From: Lingula anatina
Taxonomy: Eukaryota; Animalia; Brachiopoda
DNA: 64,000 bases
NCBI GenBank assembly: GCA_051362555.1
Contig: CM120641.1
Coordinates: 3,286,001-3,350,000 of the forward strand
Reading direction: 5' to 3'
Positions 36,701-48,421 of the stretch are shown here, in pieces; the first letter of the stretch is position 1; each line of letters opens with the position of its first letter. Both the position numbers and the translations under genes were made by a program. A model generated the notes under the pieces. It had not been told where the DNA came from. It saw only the letters and a list, made by a program, of their open reading frames with translations, and did no database searches.

Positions 36701-39700
36701 CCTTGTGGTTTAGAAGGTGAGACAGTAATGTTTTTATATCCACTGGAAGCAACGTAACTAAATGGCTCTGGGTTAAATCTTAATTACTTTCAGCTCCATG
36801 CAGGTGGTACAAAAATCCCAGGTAAGGTAAACATTTTACAAGCGAGGTTAGGACTACTTACATTTGGTATCTCCTGAGGCACAAGTTTTTTCTGATTCTG
36901 CTTCATCGTGTTGTTTTGGTTGGCTGCAGGGTTGGGAGGCATGGGCATGCCAGGACGCATCATCTGAAGAAGACAAATCTCATTTACCCGGACTCTAAGA
37001 GATCTGATTTTTCATCAGCAAAATGCTAAATACATCTATTCCACAGACTGCACTCATATGAAAATATACTTTTTTTTAGTGTAGCTTTATGCAGGTTTCT
37101 GAAAGGTATAGTTTATGCTGGCTGTTAATCCATATTAATTATTTGCAAAGTTCAATATTATATATAGAAATTCTACTGCAATTCAACTGGGGAAAATCTG
37201 AGCTTACCCCCATCATCCCCATATTCATAGGCATCATGCCTGGAAAGAAAAACAGATCAATAATTTTGAAATCAATGCTTCTTTTTGTTCTTACCCAATT
37301 TTTCACTTTATCTGACAACATTTCTGAGACCAGTCTAATGAGAGCAAGGTAAAGAACACAACTGTAGCAGTATTGGAATAAGTGTCTTCAAATGTTCCCT
37401 TCACTGACAGAAATGCATGCAATTTTTTTTTACATTAAATAGCAATTTCTTTTCATCAAAGAATTTTCACTGGTCTCTTCGTGTATTACAGATGATCAAA
37501 TATGATAGTGACAGTAAGGAATTGATATTCTTTATATATCGTGTCAAAAAAAAAATTCTACTCATTATTATAGTTACCCTGGTTATCTGGGCTATTTATA
37601 AGAATTCTTGGTCCCACTTTGAATCAAATTGTTATTTGGCGTTAATTAAAATAATACTTGATTTACATAGCACAGCTTTTCCCACAAAAACGATTCAGAA
37701 AAAAAAAAACATTTCATTTCACACAAGTTCTGGTGGACTTTTTCCTGATGACACTACCCAAGTCAGTCACAGTTGGATGTAATATAAGCAGCCTTATATT
37801 CTATGGGAATCAAACTGAACTGGCCTGGCTGGCAATGACTGGACCAAGGTCAGCTTTATTTCAAACATTAATATGCAATGTGATACTGTGAATTTATTAC
37901 CCAACTTCACCTGGCAGTCAAATGGAAAGCATGGCATAAAGCAAATGAAAAAAGTCCTTATCATATAATCAGTGTTCGCGTTTACGCCGTCCGAGTATAT
38001 AATTTACGCATCGTTTCATAAACGGACGCAAATTTCAGCAGGGCAGTGCGTCCCGGGGGACGCAAGTTTTTTTTTTTTTTTTTTAAGAATGCATAATAAA
38101 TTACACAAAGGAATTTCGACAAATTGGGCTTGTGAGTTTGAAAGTGATCTGGTAGTACGAACCAATAAAACTAGGGACGAATCATCGATGGTTTCATTTT
38201 GTCACTCCAAAAGTAGACTCGCTTTAGGTTCGCTTTAGTGAACTCCTCTACGCGTAATCGAGGTCGATCGACTCGTGGTTTATATAGTCATGGCGGCGGG
38301 TCCAAGTGCACCGAAGAAGAGTAGATCATTCATCCCGGCGTGGTGTAATGAATTTAGCTGGTTAATATATGAAAACCAAACAATGTTTTGTGCCGTCTGC
38401 CGTGCAGGCAACTCTAAAAACTGTTTCACAAGCGGTTGCTGTGATTTTCAGCGAAGTAGTCTCACACGGCACGAGGCCTCTCACAACATAGGAATTGCGC
38501 ACAACAGCGAACTGCCGCCGCCGCATTTAAAAAAGCATTATCCAATGCTGAAAAAACTACAAGTGATAATTTGAGCGTACAACTGCGAAACATCTATTGG
38601 CTAATCAAAGAAGATATGCCCTTAAGCAAGTTTGACTCATTAATGGAGTTACAGGAAAGTAAAGGTATGCGGATTGGGTCTGCACGCTACCGTCACCATG
38701 AAACTGTAAGTATTGTAACAATGCATATATAAAAAGAGACAAAAAAATAAAAGTAAAAAGTAGCGCGTCATTCGAAGCGATTCAAAATGGCATCCCACAA
38801 AAAAATAAAATTGATGCCGGTCCTGTTAAAATTTGATAAAGCAATTTCTGAATTAAATTTTATTATGCAATCCGTTTGTTGCGAATGATAAACATGTCCT
38901 AGTACTGGTCATTTTAAGGACGAGTTTAAATTATTGTTCATTTTTGAAGAATGCTCAAATATACTACTATTAGGATATTTTAATTTTATTGCAGGGTCCT
39001 TGATATAGGCCTACTTCAACTATCTTTATTTAAAAAATAAGATATCACAGTCAACAGTCATTCAGATTTTTCTTGCTGACAACTGATCCAAATACTAGAT
39101 TCTCTTTTTTTTAACATAATGGTTTAATTTGAACTGGTCCTACTTTGAAATTTCACAGGTTGAGGAAATGATCACATCTGCAGATATGGTTTTAAGAAGA
39201 GATTTCAATGAGAGGATGGAGGCAGCTAACTTTATATCAATAGTTGCAGATGAGAGTATAGATATTGCTGTCTTCAAGAAGGCTGAAGCTCCTGAAGCTT
39301 CAGAATTTTCGTGCTTTGAGGCACCGTAAAAAGTAATTTAAGTTATCACACTTTAAAGAACTATTTTTCACATGGATTGTTTGTGAAATTGGTCTATGAT
39401 ACGCACCACCTATCCATACACATTTTAAGGTTGATGGTAATATAAAATAAAGAAATCAAGTTATAAAAATGAAAGCTGTTGTGTTATGAGTTTCAGATGT
39501 CAAGAGCTGTTTTCAAAGCACTTGTTTTGTCGTGTCTGTCAAAAATTTGTTTCATCAATTTTTGTGGGAACAACATGTTGCACCTTAGTGCTTACTGGTG
39601 AGTTGAGAAGAAAAAGGATTACAATTTTACAAAATTTATTGATAGTTTTTATTATTAAATAAGAAAAAAAATTATTTTTCCGAAGGACCCCATTTTTTTC

Positions 39701-39869
39701 TAAAGGACCCCATTTTACAATGCTAGTGGGGTCCCAAGGACTCCACTTACAAACTGCCCAGCGCAAACACTGATATAATGTACTTACCCATGCCATACCC
39801 ATATCCTGGTGGCATCATGCCAGGTGGCATGGATGGCATGCCCATGGGCTGTCTTGGAGGATAAGACAT
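27781..39869 (-). CDS. RBM25: RNA-binding motif protein 25 (Pro-rich N-terminus, RRM, RE/RD-rich region, PWI domain), about 19 coding exons
   Basis: Start MSYPPRQPMGMP (39869). RRM: PPVTTVFVGNISERAPDAMVRQML / CGNVISWKRVQGASGKLQ / AFGFCEY. Also RLKNWEARERKKAREYEKE, LKEFLEDYDDERDDPKYYRGSALQRRLK, and PWI domain RIKPWVNKKIIEYIGEEEPTL...VLDEEAEVFVVKMWRLLIYETEAKKAGLVK-stop (27781). Confidence 0.96.
30951..31126 (-). repeat. Three tandem copies (57- and 59-bp periods) of an RBM25 intron/exon junction
   Basis: On the minus strand, (pyrimidine tract)AG|AGGCAGTGCCTTACAGAGGAGGTTAAAAGA occurs three times, with acceptor AG at 30979-80, 31036-37 and 31095-96. Confidence 0.9.
32179..32301. mobile_element. 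123-bp hAT-type MITE in an RBM25 intron
   Basis: Termini CAGTGTT...AACACTG flanked by a perfect 8-bp TSD, AGCATGAT (32171-32178 and 32302-32309). Confidence 0.85.
37970..39772 (+). mobile_element. Internally deleted hAT DNA transposon (ZNF862/C17orf113-like transposase) in the first coding intron of RBM25
   Basis: TIRs CAGTGTTCGCG / CGCAAACACTG (10/11 match), flanking direct repeat ATATAAT (37963-37969 and 39773-39779), and a transposase remnant inside. Confidence 0.88.
38290..39329 (+). pseudogene. Frameshifted, truncated hAT transposase fragment (TTF-type zinc finger and first catalytic Asp motif)
   Basis: RSFIPAWCNEFSWLIYENQTMFCAVCR...FTSGCCDFQRSSLTRHEASH; then, in another frame, IYWLIKEDMPLSKFDSLMELQESKG...YRHHET; then an intron (about 38706-39158); then FISIVADESIDIAVFKK followed by an early stop. 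No C-terminal dimerisation domain is seen. Confidence 0.8.
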
Positions 39870-40867
39870 TTTGAATTAGAGCAAATACCTTGTGAGGTAT
39901 TTCTGATGCTTAGAGATTGGTTTTAACTCCAAGGATTAATATCTGCAAAGAGAAATAATTCTATGAATGAGGCAAATGTATTTCAAATTCTCTCAAAATT
40001 TGGACAGTTTTAGCATTTATAATGATAAAAAATGTTTTGAATACACAGTTATAAAATACTATAGGTTTAATACATTTAATATATATTCCAAACCTTTTTC
40101 CTTGTTTAACCCTATGCTTGCACTTAATATAATCACTAATCACCAGCTAGGTATGGGAATAAGATTCATCCCCTCCTGTCCCCAATATTTCAGTTCAGAC
40201 AAAATCTTTAACAATTTTAAGGATGGACATGCATACATTCAATAGCACCGAAATAAACATATATGAAGTGCTTGACAATGGAAAAAGGAGGTTGAAAATG
40301 AAATGCCAAAAAGCTATCGAGTCTCATAAGTGCTCTTACTATACTGTTTGATACAATTATCAGACTCTATCATGCTTGAAATTCTGTTGCATAACACAGA
40401 TTGGAAATTTGAAGGAAATTCAAAATCTGAAATATTCACTGGATGAATTAGGCACTAAATGAATAATAATTCAATGTACCTAGAACTTCGAGAGGCTTAC
40501 TTCATTATATAATAAGCCTATAAAACTTACTCAGTAATTTTTTCCTTAGTTCAGCTTTGTGGAGACTTAAATCAATGCCTTGGTTATTTAATAAATTCGT
40601 TTTACTCTTATTACCTACTTAGTCTTCGATGTTCACCGTAAAATGACCTGTCCTAAGCTCTCATCATACTCATGACATCGAATGAGCTTGAGATTAGAAA
40701 ATAGTTACATTTACTAGCTTGAGCTCAGAAGTATAAAACGTGGTATAATAATTACACATACCAACTTAACAGCATCGATTTTGCTGAAAATGTGAGACAG
40801 CCGTCATTCAGATAGTCAAAGGCACTCCAACGACCAACTTGTATGAAAAACGCGTGCGGCTACAAAG

Positions 40868-40879
40868 CAAAATGGCGGC
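40868..40879 (+). promoter_or_regulatory. YY1-like core promoter motif between the divergent RBM25 and coiled-coil genes
   Basis: Exact CAAAATGGCGGC in the short head-to-head intergenic region. Confidence 0.45.
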
Positions 40880-41611
40880 TTTAATGAGGCAGACTCGTTT
40901 TCGATTTATGATTGTGATTGGTGAGACCATTAGATAAAACTTCTATGGTGAGACGTAGATTCTAACACAATTGATAATGCGTCTTGGTGTACAGGTAGTA
41001 TTTTTGCATGACTGTGAAACAAATGCTACTATGGCCTACCTGGGAAACGCATTTTGATGGAAATTGAATAAATGTATTGAATTAAGCTGACATAAGTCAT
41101 TTAATAGGGAAATATCGAAAGTGCAAGCAAAATCCATTTTATTCTCTTTTTTTTCTTTCAGTATATTGTTTCTTATAAATGCGGCCAAGAAACTTAGGCT
41201 TTGCTGGTCACAGATAGCCAAAAGGCCAACACAAGTGGATGCAAGGAATGGGCTGGACTTTTCCACTTTTCTTTTTTATTATGTTTCATGTTTTATTTTT
41301 GCTACGCACGTTATTAAAATGCCCTTCTGTTGAGACAACTTAATTATAACTAACTGAATAGGAATAATGGTATGCAATATCCATACCTTTTCATCTCCAG
41401 GAAGAAATCAATGTTTTCTCATATCTGTTGACTTATAATGACCTCATTTCTTGTCAAACGCCAAGGAAAAAATAACAGTCTATTCTTTCCACATAATAGA
41501 CACAAAAGGCATCGGAATGTCCTACAACATAAGCTGCAAAATTGTGCACTGAACTGCAAGGACAACGCAGAGGCAGGATCTACCGTAGCCTGTTCCACTA
41601 TAGGGGGTCTA

Positions 41612-43888
41612 ATGGCTGAGGCACGACACTCCTGCCCGGAGACGGCCGTGAAGACCGTTGTCTCCGCGAGTGAAATGGACAACTCGGAAGAGATCAGTGA
41701 TGGCTGGTCCTATGGGCCTCGCGAGATGTTACACGGCGTTCAGGGTCGGACGGAGAGCCGCACTGGAGCACCTAAGTCAGGTAAATATTAAATCAAAAAT
41801 GTACTGATTAAATGTATGAGGGCAAAAACGTAAAAACGAAAGTATGGTTGCAAACCGAATTATCAATATCAAACTATCTAGAGATCAAATATTTGATCTT
41901 CAAGTTTGAGAGTAATTGTGAAGGCACGGTATTTCTTCGGTGAATAGAGTGGGGGCGTGACTATCCAGCTGATAGTAGTAGTACAGCAGGCACAACTTGA
42001 GTACAGTAGGCGTACGTGAAAGACAGGTCATATACCACATCACACTCTTGCTATTTAAGTGACGTGGCGAAAGCCGTCATGGTCCAAAATAAGACTATGG
42101 AAAGACAGCGCCTTAAGCTTTTTTTTTTTTTTTTTTTTTTTTTTAGAGTTTACATTGTTGGTATGTAATTTTTTCTGCCGGAAGACGGTCAAAAATGGAG
42201 GATGGAACAACAAATATAATTTGGAAGACTGTCAGAAAATATCTCTGGATCCGCCCCTTGTAATATAGAGACGTTTTGTTTTTGAAAACGAAATAGTCTC
42301 ACCTTATAATTATAGACTCTTTTCATATATTTTCCTCCGTTGAAAAAAACTTTGGTCAACATTGACCAACAGAGTAGGCCTATAATGAGCTTACTTGTGT
42401 TTGTTTCGTTTTTTTAACAGGAGAAAATATTCGTAGATTCGTCGAACTAAAAATTATGCTTTCATTTTTGATCGCAATGCTGTCTTGAATAATGCTTTTG
42501 CTAAATATCTTATGGGTCACTAAACTCCAATCGCTTCCGCTGCGAAGTGCAATCAAAATACACAAAATATGTGCAAAATGACGCGAATAAATAAATGGGT
42601 TTTGTGCTATTGAAAAGTTAATAAAATAATTACAGGTGAGACGACCGTGAGAATATATCCAAGTTAAATGGGCATGTGTTATTTTGGTATGTTGATATTG
42701 AACTTTACTAGTGCAATTTATATACTCAGTGGTGGATTTAGAGGGGGGTCAGGGGGGTTCTACCCCCCTTGGGTTTCTGAAAAAAAAAACACACAAATAT
42801 TCCATTCTTGAAATTAGATTTTGACAAGCTGATTAATAGTTCTTAAACATTCCAAATGGGACCCTTTGCCCTCCAAAACACTCCAAGGGGGCCGAGGGTC
42901 GGCTTCGTATCCGAGGCCTGTCATTCCTAAATAATCCTGGATCCGCCCCTAATAGACCTACTTCTATTAGGCTTTTTAAAGTCTGTTTTTACCTAGTTTA
43001 TATGATACAAGTGTCAGTAACAAATACGATCAAACTAATCCGACTTTATCCACCTCTAACTTTTCAGAAAGTTTCCTTAAAAGACAAGAATTTAAGGAAA
43101 GAGCAAAAGCACAGAGGAAAGATAAAGAAAAAATGAAAGAGAAAATAGTTCAACTTGAAGAAGAACTAAGAATTTTGAAAACTCAGATAGGTCCCACAAA
43201 GGAAATTGAGTTTTCCCATGCACCATATGTCGGAAAGGCAGCCCAAATCAAATTGCAAGTAGATGCTTTGGTAAATGATTTTACAGACAGAGAACAATGC
43301 CATCTAAAGAAAATTAATGATCAGAAAGATCTGATCAGCCTAAAAAACGAGACAATCTGTGATTTGCAACGAGAATTACTCCATTTAAAAGAAGAACTGA
43401 CTGTTGCCGAAATGAAAAAGCAAAATGAAATTTCAGATCTCAAAAATCAACATTCGGAGATGTTGAATATTTTTGCAAAGGAAAAAGAAGGACAAATAAA
43501 AGATCTACACGCCAAAATAAAATCAATGCAGAAGGAGTACAATTTAGATGGATGCGCTCGATCAGAACTGACAGGTATTAAAAGACAGAATCAACAGTTA
43601 AGTGGACAGATAGAGCGTCTCTCTGAAGAGCATGGGAAACTATTGTCAAATAATTCAGAGCTTGAGAAAACGAAAGAAGACAAACGCCGGAGATTTGACG
43701 AAGACAGAGAACGCTGGGAAAAGGAGAAGCGTGAACTGACGGAGGAGCTGTGGAAAATGAGAATGGAAAAAGAAACGCCGAGGAACCCCCTTGTAACAAG
43801 ACAAAGAAGAAATCTACCCCCACTGTCTTTATACCAACAGGATGGAACAGACGCTCGAAAACGCAAAAGACAACGGAACGACGACTGA
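41612..43888 (+). CDS. Uncharacterised coiled-coil protein, 2 exons, about 329 aa
   Basis: Exon 41612-41780 (CAG|GTAAAT) and exon 43068-43888 (ttttcag|) join in phase 1 into the 251-aa E/K/L heptad-rich ORF. Basic C-terminus ARKRKRQR. The start codon is uncertain (41438 is also in frame). Confidence 0.7.
42727..42950. mobile_element. Degenerate short TIR element of the CAG(G/T)GGCGGAT...GGATCCGCCCCT type
   Basis: Left end cagtggtggatttagaggggg, right end ctggatccgcccct; another right-end copy at about 42245-42259. No clear TSD. Confidence 0.5.
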
Positions 43889-44084
43889 TTTGTTGATTTA
43901 AACCGAAACATTCTCGAATGTGTTGGTACTGGTCATCAAAACTTTCAGTTTCAGTAATATTATGGTTAAAACGAAAATGTACATGTAACTGCAATTATCA
44001 CTCGTTAGTTAAATGTACCATACTTTTTTTCAATCCTGGTGAAATAGTTGACTTGGCTAAATGTGTTCAACTGGCAGCAATTAT

Positions 44085-47000
44085 AAACAAGGCAGCAAAG
44101 CTGTCAAATGTACAGACAAAAAGCAGGAAATAACAAAATAGGCTACTGTCAATTCTGATGCAAAAGTACATTATGTTAAACTGCAAATTCAACATCAAAT
44201 TTTAATTGTGCTTAACAGGTAATACCAATGTAAGTAAAATGTGTAACAAGCATAAGGCCCATGGGAGTTCAAGTTCACACTTTGAAAATGTATAACTTCC
44301 AGAAAAAGAAGTCAATTAGACTGCTTTTCCAACTCCAGCTGCATTTTAGTCCTGTATTTCTTTTTTGAAAGTTTGGCAATCATAAGTAACATGGTTTTCC
44401 CATAATGATCATCATGGCAGCAGCACCCAAAATTGTGTTTTCTTCTATTCTGATGCAATATTACATAATGGTTAACAGCATAATGACCATCAATTTTTAA
44501 TAATAAAATATTAGTATCATGGATATTCAGAAAATGTGACTAGAAAAGGTCTTCAGGCCCATGGTACTTCAAAGTCACAACTTGAAAATGCTAAAATGTA
44601 AACAAGACAGCACTGTTCTGAAATGTTTTTTCCCCCCATTTTTAACAATTTTTTTTTACATAAAACAAAATTAAAAGTTTACTGCCATTTTTATATGATC
44701 ACCTAAAAAAGCAGGAAATAAAATAGGCTACTGTCAATTCTGATGCAAAAGTACATTATGTTAAACTGCAAATTCAACATCAAATTTTAATTATGCTCAA
44801 CAGGTAATACCAATGTAAGTAAAATGTGTTACAAACATAAGGCTTCAGGCCCATGGGAGTTCAAGTTCACCCTTTGAAAATGTAAAACTTCCAGAAAAAG
44901 AAGCCAATTAGACTGCTTTTTCAACTCAGGCTGCATTTTAGTCCTGTGTTTCTGTTTTGAACATTTGGCAATCATAAGAAACATGGTTTTCCCATAATGG
45001 TCATCATAGCAGCAGCACCCAAAATTGTGTATTCTTCTATTCTGATGCAATATTACATAATGGTTAACAGCATAATGACCGTCAAATTTTAATAATGAAA
45101 TATACGTATCATGGATTTTCAGAAAATGTGACTAGCATGGGTCTTCAAGCTGTGGAACTTAAAAGTCACACCTTGAAAATGTAAAAATGTGAAAAAATTA
45201 AATTTTCACAATAAAAAAAAAAAAAAAAAACTGTTTAACTGGCAGATTGCATTGCCTACTGAAGCTATATTTTAGTCCCATGTTTCTTTCCTGTAAGTTT
45301 GAGAACAGTAAGTGACATGGTTTTTCTTAAATGGTCATCATGGGAGCAGTGCCCAAAATAGGTTTTTTTCAAATTTTGATGCAATATTACATAATGTTTA
45401 ACAGCATAATGACCATCAATTTTTAATAATAAAATATTAGTATCATGGATATTCAGAAAATGTGACTAGCAAAGGTCTTCAGGCCCATGGAACTTAAAAG
45501 TCACAACTTGAAAATGCCAAAATGTAAACAAGACAGCACTGTTCTGAAACGCTTTTTTTCCATTTTTAACATTTTTAAACATAAAACAAAATTAACAGTT
45601 TACTGCTATTTTTATATTATCAACTAAAAAAATTGATGAGATGGGAAAAATATCAATAGAGCAGTGTTAAATGTCCGATTTCTTCCATTCTGAGATTCTG
45701 AACATAGTGAATGATTGAATCTGACAAACTGCAATGATATAAGTTTATTTCCATTTTTGAAACTTTATTACACAATACACGATAACAATTTAACCATCAT
45801 TTTTACAAAATCAACTAACAATGTTGTAAAGATGCAGGGAATGTCAAACAAACACTTTTAATATCTTATTAATTAAACAATGAAACTGTCAACATGCCTA
45901 AGAATTGAATCTGAGGAAATGTGAAAAAACAACATAACTTCTAAAATAATGGCCCGATTATGCTGATCTTTTAATTCAACCTGTGTTTTAGCAGGATTGA
46001 CCACTCCTGTGAGTTTAATGACAATTGGCTTTTTGACCACTCCTGTGAGTTTAATGACAATTGGCCTATCTGTTTTTCTTATATTGTGTTTACAGTGTTG
46101 CATATATGCTGAAAAGTGAAAAAAAAGCATAACTACTAAAATAGTGGACTGATCATGCCGATTTTCTAACTTGACCTGCGTTTTAGTAAGATAGATTACT
46201 CCTGTGAGTTTCATGACAACAGGCCTATGGTTTTCCTTGGAAAGTGTTTACAGTGTTGCATATATGCTGAAAAGTGAAAAATAAAGCATAACTTCTACAA
46301 TAATGGCCCGATCATGCTGATTTTCAAACTTGACCTGCGTTTTATGAATATTCATCAGCTCTGTAAATATAAAGCCAAAAAGTAAAACTGCCTTCCACTT
46401 ATCGTGTTTACAATGAAAGTGCACGGCGCCGGCACCGGCGATGACGGGGACGACAGACGCAGGTGATGGCAATATGTACAGACACATCTATATATATTTA
46501 CTGTACTGTTTGAGAACAGTAAGTGACATGGTTTTTCTTAAATGGTCATCATGGGAGCAGTGCCCAAAATAGTTTTTTTTTTCAAATTTTGATGCAATAT
46601 TACATAATGTTTAACATCATAATGACCATCAATTTTTAATAATAAAATATTAGTATCATGGATATTCAGAAAATTTGACTAGCAAAGGTCTTCAGGCCCA
46701 TGGAACTTCAAAGTCACAACTTGAAAATGCCAAAATGTAAACAAGACAGCACTGTTCTAAAATGTTTTTTTTTCCATTTTTAACAATTTTTAACATAAAA
46801 CAAAATTAACAGTTTACTGCCATTTTTATATGATCAACTAAGAAAATTGATGAGATGGGAAAAATATCAATAGAGCAGTGTTAAATGTCCAATTTCTTCC
46901 ATTCTGAGATTCTGAACATAGTGAATGATTGAATCTGACAAACTGCAATGATATGAGTTTATTTCCATTTTTGAAACTTTATTACACAATACACGATAAC

Positions 47001-47392
47001 AAGTTTACCATCACTTTTACAAAATCAACTAACAATGTTGTAAAGATGCAGGAAATGTCAAACAAAAACTTTTACGTATCTTATTAGTTTAATAATGAGA
47101 CTGTTAACATGCCTAAGAATTGAATCTGAGGAAATGTGAAAAATATGCTGAAAAGTGAAAAAACAGCATAACTTCTACAATAATGGCCCGATCATGCTGA
47201 TTTTCGAACTTGACCTGCGTTTTATGAATATTCATCAGCTCTGTAAATATAAAGCCAAAAAGTAAAACTGCCCTCCACTTATCGTGTTTACAAGGAAAGT
47301 GCACGGCGCCGGCATCGCCATCGGCATCGCCATCGGCGACGACAGACGCAGGTGATGGCAATATGTACAGACACATCTGTGTCTGTACATAA
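44085..47392 (-). mobile_element. Helentron/DINE-1-like non-autonomous element (family A), rearranged, with internal and head-to-tail duplications
   Basis: Reverse complement of the 54136-56152 copy. 5' hairpin atgtacagacacatctgtgtctgtacat (47363-47390) with a (GGCGAC/T)-type microsatellite; a second truncated 5' end at about 46420-46489; 3' sub-TIR and hairpin aacaaggcagcaaagctgtcaaatgtacagaca (about 44086-44118). Duplicated blocks: about 44130-44590 / 44720-45190 and 45297-45920 / 46508-47135. Confidence 0.75.
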
Positions 47393-48421
47393 TAAGGGAA
47401 ATACAGTATTTATACAGATGCAATGTATATGACAAGATGAATAACAGGTGCAAATGCAAAATCGTTAGTTTTGAATCTATTTATTCCTTATATACATGTC
47501 CCTATTCTTGCGTTTTGTGCATTAATTGTTTAAATTTCACTGTGACTTGCTTGTCTATCATGAGGCTGGGAAAATATTATCATGTAATGTGTGCTTTTTT
47601 TCTTGCTTGTAATGAAATTTGATTGATCAAAACAAGATATATTTTAGTTATGTAATAGTTGTATTAAAACCAAGAACATCATATATCGGCTACTGAACAA
47701 GAAAAGAGTGATGACAGCGTATTACTTATAAGATAAGATATAAGAGTATATAACATTACTTCCTAGGAATGTATCTATCTACATGTATCTATCATTTATA
47801 CATTGCCATAAACGCAAACGCGCAGAACAAATCTAGGCGGAATTTCATTGCTACTTTTGTATCCTACACATTTCCACCCTGTACCCACTCAAACACTCCT
47901 TGGAGCGTTTTTTTTCTCGCGCACTCTCAAAAAAGGAGAAAATGCTTTAGATTGCCTGTCATGTAACAATTCAATCCCTACATTCCTATCGGAACGGCTC
48001 GAGTTTATATGATCTATTGATTTTAACATAAAGCATTATGTCAGAGAAAGGATTCCCCCATAACCTTTTATTAAATTAGAATGCTTTGATGAATCAAAAT
48101 TTAATCTGAAGATAAATAAATTATTTTACAACAAAAGAATTGCCTACACATCATGACCGAACAAGTTGGAAAAGGTTTGCCGCCCAATGTCCTACGTTAG
48201 ACAGGAGGACCTAAGATTAAGACTAAGACACATCATGAGAGGACAATGATGGAAGCTTCTCATGACGTAACGTGACGTCGAAAACCAAGCACAACGTCAC
48301 AACCGGCTGCATGGTGTTGTTTTTATCACCATAGTTTCTTCACGTGACGCTACAGACAGTAACCATAGCAGAATATCATTTCGTGGAGGCCAACATTGAA
48401 AAGAAGCGACGACAAAGAAAA

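Noticed and set aside
27874-39787. Intronic snoRNAs or tRNAs in RBM25 or elsewhere
   Set aside because: No convincing C/D box pair with a terminal stem, and no cloverleaf, was found by eye. A covariance-model search would be needed.
43578-43994. Antisense ORFs of 106-138 aa over the coiled-coil gene (and 57634-58068 over Claspin)
   Set aside because: They are antisense shadows of purine-rich coding exons with no recognisable motifs.
45873-47459. ORFs with repeated KTQVKFENQHDRAII motifs
   Set aside because: They are translations of subrepeats of the Helentron-like element, with frames not preserved between copies.
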